Positions 21,650-35,204 are shown, counted from the first letter of the stretch. The stretch is 55,582 nt of DNA from Leucoraja ocellata (GCA_036785375.1 JAWMAR010001777.1:62001-117582), one strand, 5' to 3'. Program-made: numbers and translations. Notes: generated by a model from the letters alone, not told the origin.

Positions 21650-23635
21650 GCAGGCAAAGAGGAGGCAGAAACGGGGCAAGAGAGAGGGTGTCCGTGCTAG
21701 GCTGAGAGATAATGCTAGCTGGCCGGCCAGCTCTCCCATCTATCCTACTCTCCAACGTCCGCTTCCTGGAAAACAAACTGGACAACATCCAACTACAGAG
21801 GAGTACACAGCGAGAGACTAGGGACTGCTGTGTCTGTGTTTTACTGAGACATGGCTCAACGATCGAGTCCCGGACGTGGCCATTCAGCTAGCCGGGCTAG
21901 TCTCGCACCGAGCCGACAGAGAACCATCACAGGTACACAAAAATGCTGGAGAAACTCAGCGGGTGCAGCAGCATCTATGGAGCGAAGGAAATAGGCGACG
22001 TTTCAGGCTGAAACCCTTCTTCAGACTGATGGGGGGTGGGGGGGAGAAGGAAGGAAAAAGGGAGGAGGAGGAGCCCGAGGGTGGGGGGATGGGAGGAGAC
22101 AGCTCGAGGGTTAAAGAACGGGAGGAGACAGCAAGGGCTAGCAAAACTGGGAGAATTCAACGTTCATGCCATCCGGACGCAAGGTCTCCAAGCGGAATAT
22201 GAGGTGCTGTTCCTCCAATTTCCGGTGTTGCTCACTCTGGCAATGGAGGAGACCCAGGACGGAGAGGTCGGATTGGGAATGGGAGGGGGAGTTGAAGTGC
22301 TGAGCCACCGGGAGGTCAGGTAGGTTATTGCGGACTGAGCGGAGGTGTTCTGCGAAACGATTGCCCAACCTCTGCTTAGTCTCCCCGATGTAGATCAGCT
22401 GACATCTAGAGCAGCGGATACAGTAGATGAGGTTGGAGGAGATACAGGTGAACCTTTGTCGCACCTGGAACGACTGCTTGGGTCCTTGAATGGAGTCGAG
22501 GGGGGAGGTGAAGGGACAGGTGTTGCATTTCTTGCGGTTGCAACGGAAAGTGCCCGGGGAGGGGGTGGTGCGGGAGGGAAGGGAAGAATTGACAAGGGAG
22601 TTGCGCGGTAAGACTCGAGGTGGTGGCCTGTGTGTTTACATCAACACGGACTGGTGCAACAACTCTGTCTTAGTCTCCGAGTTCTGTTCATTGCTGGTGG
22701 AGAATGCGATTGTGAGATGTAGACCTTTTTATTTGCCACGGGAGTTTACCACAGTGCTCATTGTTGCTGTTCACATCCCCCCCAGTGCTAATGCTAAGGA
22801 AACACTAGCTGTACTGTACTGTATGAAGCTTTATGCAATCTACAAAACACACACCCAGAAGGACTGTTTATTGCCGTAGGAGATTGTAACCGTGCAAATC
22901 TCAAAACTGGGCTTCCTAAATGTTACCAACATGTGGACTTTGCAACGAGGGGGGAGAATGTGCTAGATCTTGTTTACACCAATATGCCCAGCGCGTACAG
23001 GGTGTAGTCACGTCCCCATCTCGGATACTCAGACCACATCTCTGTCATGCTGATCCCAGCATACAGACTGCTTGTCAGATGCTCCAGACCAGCTAAAAAA
23101 CAGGTGAAGACCTGGCCAGCAGGAGCCATCTCTGCTCTCCAGGACTGCATTGACTAGCACATGTTTAGGGAGGCAGCAACCACCGGCGGCACCACTGGCT
23201 TGGAGGAGTACACGGCATCAGTGACTGGTTACATCAGTAAATACATTGATGACATTACTGTCACTGAGCTCATCACCCCACGTCCCCAACAGTAAACCAT
23301 GGATGACTGCAGAGGTACGTGCGCTGCTGAGAGCCCGAGACACGGCCTTCAGAGCAAGCGATAAGGAGGCCCTGAGAACAGCGAGGGACAAACTGTCCCG
23401 GGCCATCAGGGAAGCAAAGCGAGCGCATGCAAGGAAAATCCACGGCCACTTCAGTGACAGCAGGGACACACTGAAGCTGTGGCAAGGCATCCAAGCCATC
23501 ACCAATTTCAGGACATCAACACCAGCCTGTGACAGCGATGTATCTCTGCCTGATGCGCTGAACATGTTCAACACCCGGTTTGAAGCACAGAACGACGTGG
23601 TGGCGAGGAAGACCACACCCCCCCCCCCCCCCCCC
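21650..23635 (+). mobile_element. Rex1/Babar-like LINE, APE region, degenerate and interrupted by Penelope
   Basis: FTETWL..HRADR | GKTRGGGLCVYIN..CRPFYLPREF..SDH..KPWMT..LWQGI. Confidence 0.85.
21931..22605 (-). mobile_element. Penelope 3' fragment (GIY-YIG endonuclease plus terminal repeat)
   Basis: ORF 22138..22464: NLIYCIRCSRCQLIYIGETKQRLGNRFAEH..GMN; same family as 35205-36868. Confidence 0.92.
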
Positions 23636-23650
23636 CTGCGACCAGGTGGC

Positions 23651-24529
23651 TATAGAAGCATAGAAGCATAGAGACATAGACACATAGACACATAGACACA
23701 TAGAGACATAGAGACATAGAGACATAGACACATAGAGACATAGACACATAGACACATAGAGACATAGACACATAGACACATAGAGACATAGACACATAGA
23801 CACATAGACACATAGACACATAGAGACATAGACACATAGGCAAATAGACACATAGACACATAGAGACATAGAGACATAGACACATAGACACATAGAGACA
23901 TAGAAACATAGACACATAGACACATAGAGACATAGAGACATAGAGATATAGACACATAGACACATAGAGACATAGAGACATAGAGATATAGACACATAGA
24001 CACATAGAGACATAGAGACATAGAGATATAGACACATAGACACATAGAGACATAGACACATAGACACATAGAGACATAGAAACATAGAAACATAGACACA
24101 TAGACACATAGACACATAGAGACATAGAGATATAGACACATAGACACATAGAGACATAGACACATAGACACATAGACACATAGACACATAGAGACATAGA
24201 AACATAGACACATAGACACATAGAGACATAGATACATAGACACATAGACACATAGACACATAGACATATAGAGACATAGAAACATAGACACATAGAGACA
24301 TATACACATAGAGACATAGACACATAGAGACATAGACACATAGACACATAGACACATAGAGACATAGAGGCATAGACACATAGACCCATAGACACATAGG
24401 CACATAGACACATAGACACATAGAGACATAGGGACATAGAGACATAGACACACAGACACATAGACACATGGACACATAGAGACATAGAAACATGGAGACA
24501 TAGAGACATAGACACATAGACACATAGAA
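23651..24529. repeat. 8-bp microsatellite (ACATAGAC/ACATAGAG, ~110 units), the expanded 3' tail of the adjacent CR1
   Basis: Contiguous with the reversed CR1-B tail (catagaaaataggtgcagg). Confidence 0.95.
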
Positions 24530-26135
24530 AATAGGTGCAGGAGGAGGCCATTCGGCCCTTCGAGCCAGCACCGCCATTCATTGTGATCATGGCTGATCGT
24601 CCCCAATCAATAACCCGTGCCTGCCTTCTACCCATATCCCTTGACTCCACTACCCCAGAGCTCTATCTAACTCTCTCTTAAATCCATCCAGTGACTTGGC
24701 CTCCACTGCCCTCTGTGGCAGGGAATTCCACAAATTCACAACTCTCTGGGTGAAAACGTTTTTTCTCACCTCAGTCTTAAATGACCTCCCTTTATTCTAA
24801 GACTGTGGCCCCTGGTTCTGGACGCCCAACATTGGGAATATTTTTTCCTGCATCTAGTTTGTCCAGTCCTTTTATAATTTTATATGTTTCTATAAGAATC
24901 CCCCTCATCCTTCTAAACTCCAGTGAATACAAGCCTAGTCTTTTCAATCTTTCCTCAAATGACAGTCCCGCCATCCCAGGGATCAATCTCGTGAACCTAC
25001 GCTGTACTGCCTCAATCACAAGAATGTCCTTCCTCAAATTAGGAGACCAAAACTGTACACAATACTCCAGATGTGGTCTCACCAGAGCCCTATACAACTG
25101 CAGAAGAACCTCTTTACTACTATACTGAAATCCTCTTGTTATGAAGAGCAACATTCCATTAGCTTTCTTCACTGCCTGCTGTACCTGTAAGCCAACTTTC
25201 AGTGACCGGTGTACAAGGACACCCAGGTCTCGCTGTACCTCCCCCTTATCTAACCTAACCCCATTGAGATAATAATCTGCCCCCTTGTTTTTGCCGCCAA
25301 AGTGGATAACCTCACATTTATCTATATTATACTGCATCTGCCACGCATCTGCCCACTAACTCAACCTGTCCATGTCACCCTGCAACCTCCTAACATCCAC
25401 TTCACAGTTCACATTGTCACCCAGCTTTGTGTCATCCGCAAACTTGCTAGTGTTGCTCCTAATTCCCTCTTCCAAATCATGAATATATATATGGTAAACA
25501 GTTGCGGCCCCAACACCGAGCCTTGCGGCACTCCACTCACCACTGCCTGCCATTCTGAAAAGGACCCGTTCACTTCTACTATTTGCTTCTGGTCTGCCAA
25601 CCAATTTTCTATCCATGTCAACACCCTACCCCCAATACCATGTGTTCTAATTTTGGTCACCAGTCTCCCGTGCGGGACCTTATCAAAGGCTTTCTGAAAG
25701 TCTAGATACACTACATCCACTGGCACCCCTTCATCCATTTTACTTGTCACATCCTCAAAACATTCCAGAAGATTAGTCAAGCATGATTTCCCTTTCATAA
25801 AACCATGTTGACTTGGACTAATCCTTTTACTGCTATCCAAATGCCCCATTATCACCTCTTTAATAATTGACTCCAGCATCTTTCCCATCATCGAAGTCAG
25901 GCTAACTGGCCTGTAATTCCCCGTTTTCTCTCTCGCTCCTTTCTTGAAAAGTGGGATAACATTAGCGCTGCGCTACCTCATAACGCTGCACTCTCTGAAT
26001 AGCAAAAATGTCCTTCCTCAAATTAGGGGACCAAAACTGTACACAATACTCCAGGTGTGGTCTGACTAGGGCCCTGTGCAACAGCAGAAGGACCTCTTTG
26101 TTCCTATACTCAAATCTTCTTGGTAGAAAGGCCAT
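24530..26135 (-). mobile_element. CR1 family B RT/3' region (24530-25961) plus a second short CR1 piece (25962-26135)
   Basis: [40 protein letters not shown]. Confidence 0.92.
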
Positions 26136-26261
26136 GCAAACCTCTTCTCTTGAGCTTGGCAGTCTGAATCTAGTGCCATAACTATTCATAACTGTGTTCA
26201 TACTGAATCAGATTTTGACGGTGTGAGACGCGTATTGGCTTTTGATGGTATGATACGGGAA

Positions 26262-27003
26262 TTTGCTAGGATAAACTGAATTCAGGAAGGTCAGAGGGGG
26301 CAGACATACCCCCATCCATATAAACGGGACTGAGGTGGAGCGCGTCTCCAACTACAAATTCCTCGGGGTACACATCTCGGAGGATCTGTCCTGCTCCCTC
26401 AACACCTCCAAGCTGATCAAAAAGGCACAGCAGCGCCTTTACTTCCTGAGGAGGCTCAAGAAAGCCCACCTGTCCCCCCAGATCCTGACCAACTTTTACC
26501 GCTGTACCATCAAAAGCATCCTGACCACCTGCTTCACGGTATGGTACAGCAGTTGCACCGTAGCGGACAGGAAGGCACTACAACGGGTGGTGAAAACCGC
26601 GCAGCACATCATCGGTGCCCCGCTCCCTGCCATGGATGCCCTCCACCGAAAACGGTGTCTGAGACGGGCCGGGAAGATCATCAAAGACCCCTCCCACCCC
26701 AACCATGGACTGTTTGCCCTCCTCCCATCAGGGAGGCGGTACAGGAGCCTCAGGTCTCGTACCAGTACGATGAGGAACAGCTTCTACAATAATACCATCA
26801 CATTACTGAACTCGGAGTCCCGCCGATAGATTTCTCCAGTTTCTCCGTCCACACCGTTCGATTTCGATTATTGTTTGATTATTCTATATTTTTTATTTTT
26901 ATTTCTATATTGCACTATACTATGGACTGACGCTAAACTGCATTTCGTTGTACCCATACTCGTATTTGTGCAATGACATTAAAGTTGAATTGAATTGAAT
27001 TGA
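26262..27003 (+). mobile_element. Rex1/Babar-like LINE 3' fragment, (TTGAA)n tail
   Basis: YKFLGVHISEDL..KKAQQRLYFLRRL..DPSHP..LPSGRRYRS. Confidence 0.9.
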
Positions 27004-27004
27004 A

Positions 27005-28305
27005 ATGATACTTAAAGGCTTGACGATAGATATGCAATGGCAAACATTTAAAGATCCTATGGATGAATTGCACCAATTGTTCACCCGTCAGGTGTAAAAA
27101 TAAAACAGGGAAGGCGGCTCAACAGTGGCAAATAATGGAAATTAGGGAATATTAAATCCAGGCATATAAATTGGCCAGATAAAGCAACAAACTGGGAGAA
27201 ATTTAAATTTAATATTTAACAGAGGAGGACAAATGGATGAATTCAGTGGGGGTAAATAGAGCATGAAAGGAAACTTGTGGGGGAAATATTAGTGAAGACA
27301 AATATAGGCCCCTTACAGTCAGAAACAGGTTAATTTATACTGGGAAACAAGAAATTGGCAGACCAGTTACACAAATACTTTGGTTCTGTCTTCACTAAGG
27401 AAGACACAAACAATCTTCCAGAAATACAAGGGGACCGAGGATCTAGTGGGAGGGAGGAAGTGAAGGGAATCCACATGATTCAGGAAATGTTGTTAGGTAA
27501 ACTGTTGGGACAGAAGACATGTAAATCCCCAGGGCCTGATGGTCTGCATCCGAAACAACACAAGGAGGTGGCCCTCGAAATCGCGCATGTATTGGTAATC
27601 ATTTTCCAATGTTCTATAGACATTTGGTTAGTTCCAGTGAACTGGAGGGTACCTAATGTAACCCCACCTTTTAAGAAAGAGGGGAAAGAGAAAACAGGGA
27701 ATTATAGACCAGTTAGCCTGACATTGGTAGTGGGTTGTACAGGGCTCTGGTGAGAACACACCTGAGCATCTGGTGCAATTTTGGTCTCCTAATTTGCGGA
27801 AGGACATTTGTGTCAATGAATGAGCACAGCGTAGGTTCACAGGTTTAATTCTCGGGATGTCTGGACAGACATATGATGAAAGAATGGATCGACTGGGCTT
27901 AAATGAAGGGATTAAGATGGGTGAGAGGAGATCTTATAGAAAGATATATAATTCTTAAGGGTTTGGACAGGCTGGATGCAGGAAAAATGTTCCTGATATT
28001 GGGGGTTCAGACCTATGGGTCACGATTTAAGAATAAGGATTAGGCCATTTAGTACTGAGATGAGGAAAACCTTTTTTTTAGCAAGAGAGTTGTGAATTTG
28101 TGGAATTCTCTGCCTCAGAAGGCAGTGGAGGCCAATTCACTGGATGTTTTCAAGAGAGAGCTAGATATAGTGCTTGGGGATAATGGAATCAAGGGATACG
28201 GGGAGAAAGCAAGAACGGGTAATGATTTTGGACGATCACATTGAATGACGGTTTGTGCTCGATAGGCCAAACGACCTCCTCCTGCACCTATTTTCTATGT
28301 TTTTA
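27005..28305 (+). mobile_element. Old CR1 with the RT core deleted (junction ~27735)
   Basis: FGSVFTKED..SPGPDG..NYRPVSL joined directly to LYRALVR; B-type tail. Confidence 0.8.
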
Positions 28306-28317
28306 TATTTAACTAAT

Positions 28318-28730
28318 GTGTTCTAAGTAACCTGCGAACCCTGGTATACCTGCTTTCTGCACTGTGGGATCAATTAACCTGTTCCTTTCTATATAACTTG
28401 CTAGCCTCTGTGCCACTATGCTAAAGAAAATCTTGCCATCTACATTTAGGAGACAAACAGCCTAAACTGATTTAACTCTGGAGACTCTTTCTTCTAGGGA
28501 ATGAACATTCCCCCTGCTCTATGCCAAACCCTTGGTATGACCTGCTTCTACCAAACTATTGGACAGAGCCTCTGCGAGAATCTAAGCACATCATGTGCAC
28601 TTTTATGTACCCGGTTATGGACTCCATTTGGTCCCGGTGCAGAAGAAGCATTTCCACGCCATATTACTGCTTCCACTTCCTTCCACTTTTGTGGCAAAAC
28701 ATCTAACTATAACATCTGTCTCCTAAGGTG
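28318..28730 (-). mobile_element. HERO-like (RLE-type) non-LTR retrotransposon RT fragment
   Basis: Minus strand reads WKEVE..SSAPGPNG..WHRAGGMFIP..LLNVDGKIFFSIVAQRL..IDPTVQKAGIPGFAGYLEH. Confidence 0.65.
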
Positions 28731-28774
28731 GTAACTCTGGAGGGAGACATGGGCCCGATACTGGGGCCCATGAC

Positions 28775-29626
28775 GACTGAGGATTGGCGGGTAGCAAAAA
28801 TAACCCCACTTTTTAAGAAGGGAGGGAGAGAGAAAACGGGGAATTACAGACCAGTTAGTCTAACATCGGTAGTGGGGAAACTGCTAGAGTCAGTTATTAA
28901 AGATGGGATAGCAGCACATTTGGAAAGTGGTGAAATCATTGGACAAAGTCAGCATGGATTTACGAAAGGTAAATCATGTCTGACGAATCTGATAGAATTT
29001 TTCGAGGATGTAACTAGTAGCGTGGATAGGGGAGAACCAGTGGATGTGGTGTATCTGGACTTCCAGAAGGCTTTCGACAAGGTCCCACATAAGAAATTAG
29101 GATACAAACTTAATGTACATGGCATTGGGGGTTCAGTATTGATGTGGATAGAGAACTGGCTGGCAAACAGGAAGCAAAGAGTAAGAATAAACGGGTCCTT
29201 TTCACAATGGCAGGCAGTGACTAGTGGGGTACCGCAAGGCTCAGTGCTGGGATCCCAGCTATTTACAATATATATTAATGATCTGGATGAGGGAATTGAA
29301 GGCAATATCTCCAAGTTTGCGGATGACACTAAGCTGGGGGGCAGTGTTAGCTGTGAGGAGGATGCTAGGAGACTGCAAGGTGACTTGGATAGGCTGGGTA
29401 AGTGGGCAAATGTTTGGCAGATGCAGTATAATGTGGATAAATGTGAGGTTATCCATTTTGGTGACAAAAACAGGAAAGCAGACTATCATCTAAATGGTGG
29501 CCGATTAGGAAAAGGGGAGATGCAGCGAGACCTGGGTGTCATGGTACACCAGTCATTGAAAGTAGGCATGCAGGTGCAGCAGGCACTGAAGAATGCGAAT
29601 GGTATGTTAGCTTTCATAGCAAAAGG
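28775..29626 (+). mobile_element. CR1 family B, 5' part (RT core)
   Basis: EDWRVAKITPLFKKG..FADD..MLAFIAKG. Confidence 0.92.
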
Positions 29627-31740
29627 CCTAAGGTGCTGTTTTGAGACAACAGATTGGGATGTGTTCTGTGAGGAGTATGGGGAAGACATTGACGGCCTAA
29701 CAGAATGCATTACCCATTACATCAATTTCTGTTATGATGACATCATGCCATCCAGGGTAATTCGTTGCTACCCCAATAACAAACCATGGATTACCAGCAG
29801 CCTGAAGGCCTTACTAAATGAGAAGAAAAAGGCTTTCAGGGTGGGTGACAGGAATAAAATCAAAGAAATTCAAAGGGAACTGAAGGTGAGGATTAAGGAG
29901 GGGAAAGAAGCATATAGGCTCAAACTGGAACGACAGCTGCAGCAAGATGGGGTGAAGCAGGTATGGGCTGGAATGAAAAAGATCACGGGTATGAAGCAGA
30001 AGGGTGGTACACTGCCTGATGGTGAACAGAGTCTGGCTGATGATCTGAACAGATTTTTCAACAGATTTGACTGCCCCACACCATCCCAGCCTCCCCCACC
30101 TGGTCTGCTGACCGTTGATGCTTCCTCACCATCTCCCCTCCCTCTCTCCAATACTCCTGAGATGTCATCTGCACGGGGTCCCCCCTTCCCACCTCCTACT
30201 CCACCACCAGCCCCACCTATGACTCTTCATACTGCGCAGGTCAAGATGATGCTGAACAGACTGAAGCCAGGGAAAGCAGTGGGGCCCGATGACATCAGCC
30301 CAAGGCTACTGAAGACTTGCTCCTCAGAGCTGTGTGGTATTCTAACACACCTGTTCAACCTGAGCTTGCGTCTACAGAAGGTCCCAAGGCTGTGGAAAAC
30401 ATCTTGCCTGGTACCTGTCCCAAAGAAGACCTATCCCACTCACCACAATGACTACAGACCAGTAGCGCCCACTTCACATATTATGAAGACATTTGAGAGA
30501 CTTGTCCTCTCCTACCTCAGGACTAGTGTGTCAACTCAAATGGATTCTTTACAGTTTGCATATCAGCCCAACATCAGTGTCGATGATGCCCTTATTTACA
30601 TGCTGCAGAGGGCGTACACACATCTGGACATCCCTGATGCATCTGTAAGAATTACATTCTTTGACTTCTCTAGCGCTTTTAACACAATTCAGCCCCGACT
30701 GCTAGGGGAGAAGATGGAGAGGATGAAGGTGGATCCATTAATGGTACTGTGGTGTTTGGATTACCTTTTCCTCAGACCACAGTATGTGCGCCTACAGAAC
30801 AATGTCTCAAGCACCATCATGAGCAGCACAGGGGCTCCACAAGGAACTGTGCTGGCTCCATTCCTGTTTACCATCTACACAGCGGATTGTCAATATAACA
30901 CCAGCAGCTGCTTTTTGCAGAAATTTTCAGATGACACAGCTGTTGTCGGCCTCATCAAAGGGGGCAATGAGGAGGAGTATAGAGACACAATTAACAACTT
31001 TGTGGAGTGGAGTGCACACAATAACCTCCATCTCAACACCACAAAAACGAAGGAGATAGTTGTGGATTTCAGGAGGGGGAGGAGGAGGACTCAACCAACA
31101 CCAATCACCATCAGGGGCACTGAGGTGGAGGTGGTCGCCAACCACAGGTACCTTGGTGTGCAGCTTGACAGTGAGCTGGACTGGAAGAGTCATATGGAGG
31201 CGGTGTACAGGAAGAGACAAAGTAGACTGTATTTTTTAAGGAGGCTAAAGTCATTTAATATCTGCCAACCCCTACTGTGCAGTGTCTACCATTCAGTGGT
31301 GGCCAGTGCTCTGTTTTTTTGCTGTGGCCTGTTGGGGAGAAGGCGCCCGAATAGCAGACAAAAACAGACTGGACAAGCTGATCAGAAAGGCCGGCTCAGT
31401 GGTTGGGGCTGAGCAACTAACGGTCCAACAGGTGGCAGAGGCCAGAACTCTGAAAAAACTAGGCTCAATAATGACCAACCCCACTCACCCACTCCACGCC
31501 CTGAAGGTGATCAAGTGCAGCATCTTCAGTCAGAGACTGATTGCACCAATGTGCAAAACGGAGAGACATAGGAAGTCTTGTATACCAGCTGCTATAAGGT
31601 TTTATAATGCACAAAAATTTTAACTTATTAAGTATTGAAGATATCTGTGGAAATGTGTGGTGTTATGTCTATCTTGAAGCTGTTGTGGCACTGTAATTTC
31701 CTGTAAAGGATTATTAAAGGTTATTATTATTATTATTATT
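29627..31740 (+). mobile_element. Rex1/Babar-like LINE nested in CR1, (TTA)n tail, AAAAGG target duplication
   Basis: CFETTDW..KPWIT..DFSSAFNT..PQGTVL..FSDD; aaaagg at 29621-29626 and 31741-31746. Confidence 0.92.
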
Positions 31741-32373
31741 AAAAGGATTTGAGTATAGGAGCAGGGAGGTTCTACTGCAGTTGTACAGGGTCTTGGTGAG
31801 ACCACACCTGGAGTATTGCGTACAGTTTTGGTCTCCAAATCTGCGGAAGGACATTATTGCCATAGAGGGAGTGCAGAGAAGGTTCACCAGGTTGATTCCT
31901 GGGATGTCAGGACTGTCTTATGAAGAAAGACTGGATAGACTTGGTTTATACTCTCTAGAATTTAGGAGATTGAGAGGGGATCTTATAGAAACTTACAAAA
32001 TTCTTAAGGGGTTGGACAGGCTAGATGCAGGAAGATTGCTCCCGATGTTGGTGAAAGCCAGGACAAGGGGTCACAGCTTAAGGATAAGGGGGAAATCCTT
32101 TAAAACCGAGATGAGAAGAACTTTTTTCACACAGAGAGTGGTGAGTCTATGGAACTCTCTGCCGCGGAGGGTAGTCGAGGCCAGTTCATTGGCTATATTT
32201 AAGAGGGAGTTAGATGTGGCCCTTGTGGCTAAGGGGATCAGAGGGTATGGAGAGAAGGCAGGTACGGGATACTGAGTTGGATGATCAGCCATGATCATAT
32301 TGAATGGCGGTGCAGGCTCGAAGGGCCGAATGGCCTACTCCTGCACCTAATTTCTATGTTTCTATGTTTCTAT
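31741..32373 (+). mobile_element. CR1 family B, 3' continuation, (TTTCTATG)n tail
   Basis: [26 protein letters not shown] continues AFIAKG. Confidence 0.92.
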
Positions 32374-33202
32374 GACAGGCCCACTCAGTATTCAAACAAC
32401 GTAAGATCCGAAAACACAAGGCCCATTCAGTGTTGGTGTTGCATGATGCCACAGAAAGTAGGCCCAATCTCTATTCAATGTACTCTGGGCCCAATCACTT
32501 TAGTCGCGGTTACCCTGATAGTGCACTGAATGGGCCAAATGCAATCAGCCGAGAGTAGTCCAGGATACCCAACTAGTGGGATGAGTGGCTTTGTGGCTCC
32601 ATGTGGCCTATTCTTATTTTGGGGGCCGATACTAACTCACTCACCCGCCATCAAAGGCCCAATCAATGTCTAAGTGAAAGCGCACCCAAGATGGGTACCA
32701 GGCAAATCGATCTGAACTAATTTACAATCCTTTGGAGTCATGCAATCCCAGCTAATTCCAGAAATGGTGGAACACGAGGAAAAACGAGAGCACATTTAGA
32801 GCAAGGTGCTGGTTCCTTCGATAAACAAATATAGCAAACTAGGTTAGGCTTTTGTAGTTCCGCTTTTATTTGTGATTTAACAGAAACATATTACAGAGAT
32901 GTTTTTAAAAGCATAACACGAAGTGGTCAAAACAACTGAATTCCACACTGAGACCAGGTACATTGAACATGTAGCTTGAGAGTCAAAGGTTAGCTCTGAA
33001 TTAAGGACAATTGAGCAAAAAAGGAGTAAATAGATATTTGCTCATATACGGAATGTGTGCATGCGTTGGATTGTTGGGTATGTATTTACACATGCATTGA
33101 CATTACATTTATTTACAGGCCTTCGGTTAGGCCGCACTTGCAGTATAGTGTGGAGGTCCAGGTCGTCCCTTCGAGGGAATAATGTGGAGGCTTTGGCGAA
33201 GA

Positions 33203-33434
33203 ACTTAATTCGGGCGCGGGGCTTTATTTCACAGAGGCCCAGGACCGTTGGAGAGTGTGGAGGAGGGTCAGGGCAGTGAGTACTTAAATCGGGCGCGGGG
33301 CTTTATTTCACAGAGGCCCAGGACTGTTGGAGAGCAGTGGAGGAGGGTCAGGGCGGTGAGTACTTAAATCGGGCGTGGGGCTTTATTTCACAGAGGCCCG
33401 GGACCGTTGGAGAGCAGTGGATGAGGGTCAGGGC
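33203..33434. repeat. ~80-bp tandem repeat x3 (probable LINE 5'UTR monomers)
   Basis: acttaa(a/t)tcgggcg at 33203, 33282 and 33362. Confidence 0.85.
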
Positions 33435-33582
33435 TTACCAAAATCCGTAACGTTCCACACTCCATAGGGAGGGTTCTGGTGGAAGCTGCTGATTGGTGGA
33501 AGCAGACTAGAGGAAGCAGCTGATTGGGTGCAACCTCAGGTTAGCATTTATGCTTTCTGGTTAAAGGTGCAGTGCTTTAGTA

Positions 33583-34009
33583 AAGGTACAGTGGGCTAAG
33601 GGTACAGTGGGCTAAAGGTACAGTGGGCTAAGGGTACAGTGGTCTAAGAGTACAGTGGGCTAAAGGTACAGTGGGCTAAAGGTACAGTGGGCTAAGGGTA
33701 CAGTGGGCTAAAGTTACAGTGGGCTAAAGTTACAGTGGGCTAAAGGTACAGTGGGCTAAGGGTACAGTGAGCTAAAGGTACAGTCGGCTAAAGGTACAGT
33801 GGGCTAAAGGTACAGTGGGCTAAAGGTACAGTGGGCTAAGGGTACAGTGGGCTAAAGGTACAGTCGGCTAAAGGTACAGTGGGCTAAAGGTACAGTGGGC
33901 TAAAGGTACAGTGGGCTAAGGGTACAGTGGGCTAAGGGTACAGTGGGCTAAGGGTACAGTGGGCTAAAGGTACAGTGAGCCAAGGGTACAGTGGGCTAAA
34001 GGTACAGTG
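33583..34009. repeat. 16-bp minisatellite, ~26 copies, upstream of CR1 ORF1
   Basis: ggtacagtgggctaa(a/g), period 16. Confidence 0.95.
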
Positions 34010-34142
34010 CTTTTTGTTTATATAATAAAGGTGCAGTTTAAAGGTCAAGAGGGAGCAGCTGTTGTGAGTCAGATACCTGCTGATTTCTCCCAGGAGTTTC
34101 TATTGTATTATACTGGTATCGGATCCAGGGTAAGGCGGGAGA

Positions 34143-35076
34143 ATGACAGTCAGAGCAGTATACTGTTCTGGATGTCAGATGTGGGAGGTCATGGTGTCGG
34201 ATGGCCCTCCAGACATCCACATCTGCACCAGGTGCAGCGAGATGGGGCACCTAAGGGACCGTATTAGGATCCTGGAGCAGCAGCTCGATGACCTCTGTCT
34301 GATCAGGGAGAGTGAGGAGGTCATAGGGGGGAGTTATAGGGAGGTGGTCACTCCAAAACCACGGGAGAGAGACATGTGGGTCACGCTAAGGAAGGGCAAG
34401 GGGCAGAGACAGGGACGAGTGAGTACTCCAATGTCGGTACACCTCGCAAATAAGTACTCCTGTTTGAGTACGGATGGGGGTGACAGCCTACCTGGGGGTA
34501 GTGACAGCGGACGGGCCTCCAGCACAGAGACCGGCCCTGTTGCTCCAAAAGGTAGGGAAAAAAAGAGGGCAATAGTAATTGGGGACTCTATTGTTAGGGG
34601 GTCGGATAGGCGATTCTGTGGACGCAGTCGGGAGACCAGGATGGTGGTCTGCTTCCCTGGTGCCAAGGTCTCGGACGTGTCTCAACGCATCCAGGATATC
34701 CTTAAATTAGAGGGAGAGGAGCCTGAGGTCGTGGTACATATAGGTACCAATGACATTGGTAAAAAAAAGGGAAGAGGTCCTGAAGGGAGGATTTAGGAAG
34801 TTGGGAGGAGAGTTAATGAAAAGGACCAAAAAGGTAACAATCTCAGGATTACTGCCTGTGCCACGCGACAGTGAGAGTAGGAATGGAGCGAGGTGGAGGA
34901 TAAATGCATGGCTGAAAGACTGGTGCAGAGGGCAGGGATTCAAGTTTCTGGATCATTGGGACTTCTTTTAGGGAAGGTGGGACCTGTACAAATAGGATGG
35001 GTTGCCCATGAACCCAAGGGGGACCAATATCCTGGCGGGGAAATTTGCAAAGGCTACTGGGGAGACTTTAAACTAG
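34143..35076 (+). pseudogene. CR1 ORF1: zinc finger/leucine zipper plus SGNH esterase
   Basis: CSGC..CTRC, LRDRIRILEQQLDDL, VIGDSIVR, CFPGA, VHIGTND; frameshift at ~34761-34770 and in-frame TAGs near 34969 and 34993. Confidence 0.88.
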
Positions 35077-35204
35077 AATGTTTGGGGCGAGGGACTCAAA
35101 TAGAGAAAGCTAGTGGACAGAATGGGAGGCAGGAAGCAGACAAGGGAAGCACTCGGACACAAGAGAAGAAAGAAAAAAAAGGAAATAAACAGAGAATGAG
35201 AGAC

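Noticed and set aside
23516-24650. 318-360 aa Cys/Val/Met-rich ORFs
   Set aside because: Translations of an 8-bp microsatellite.
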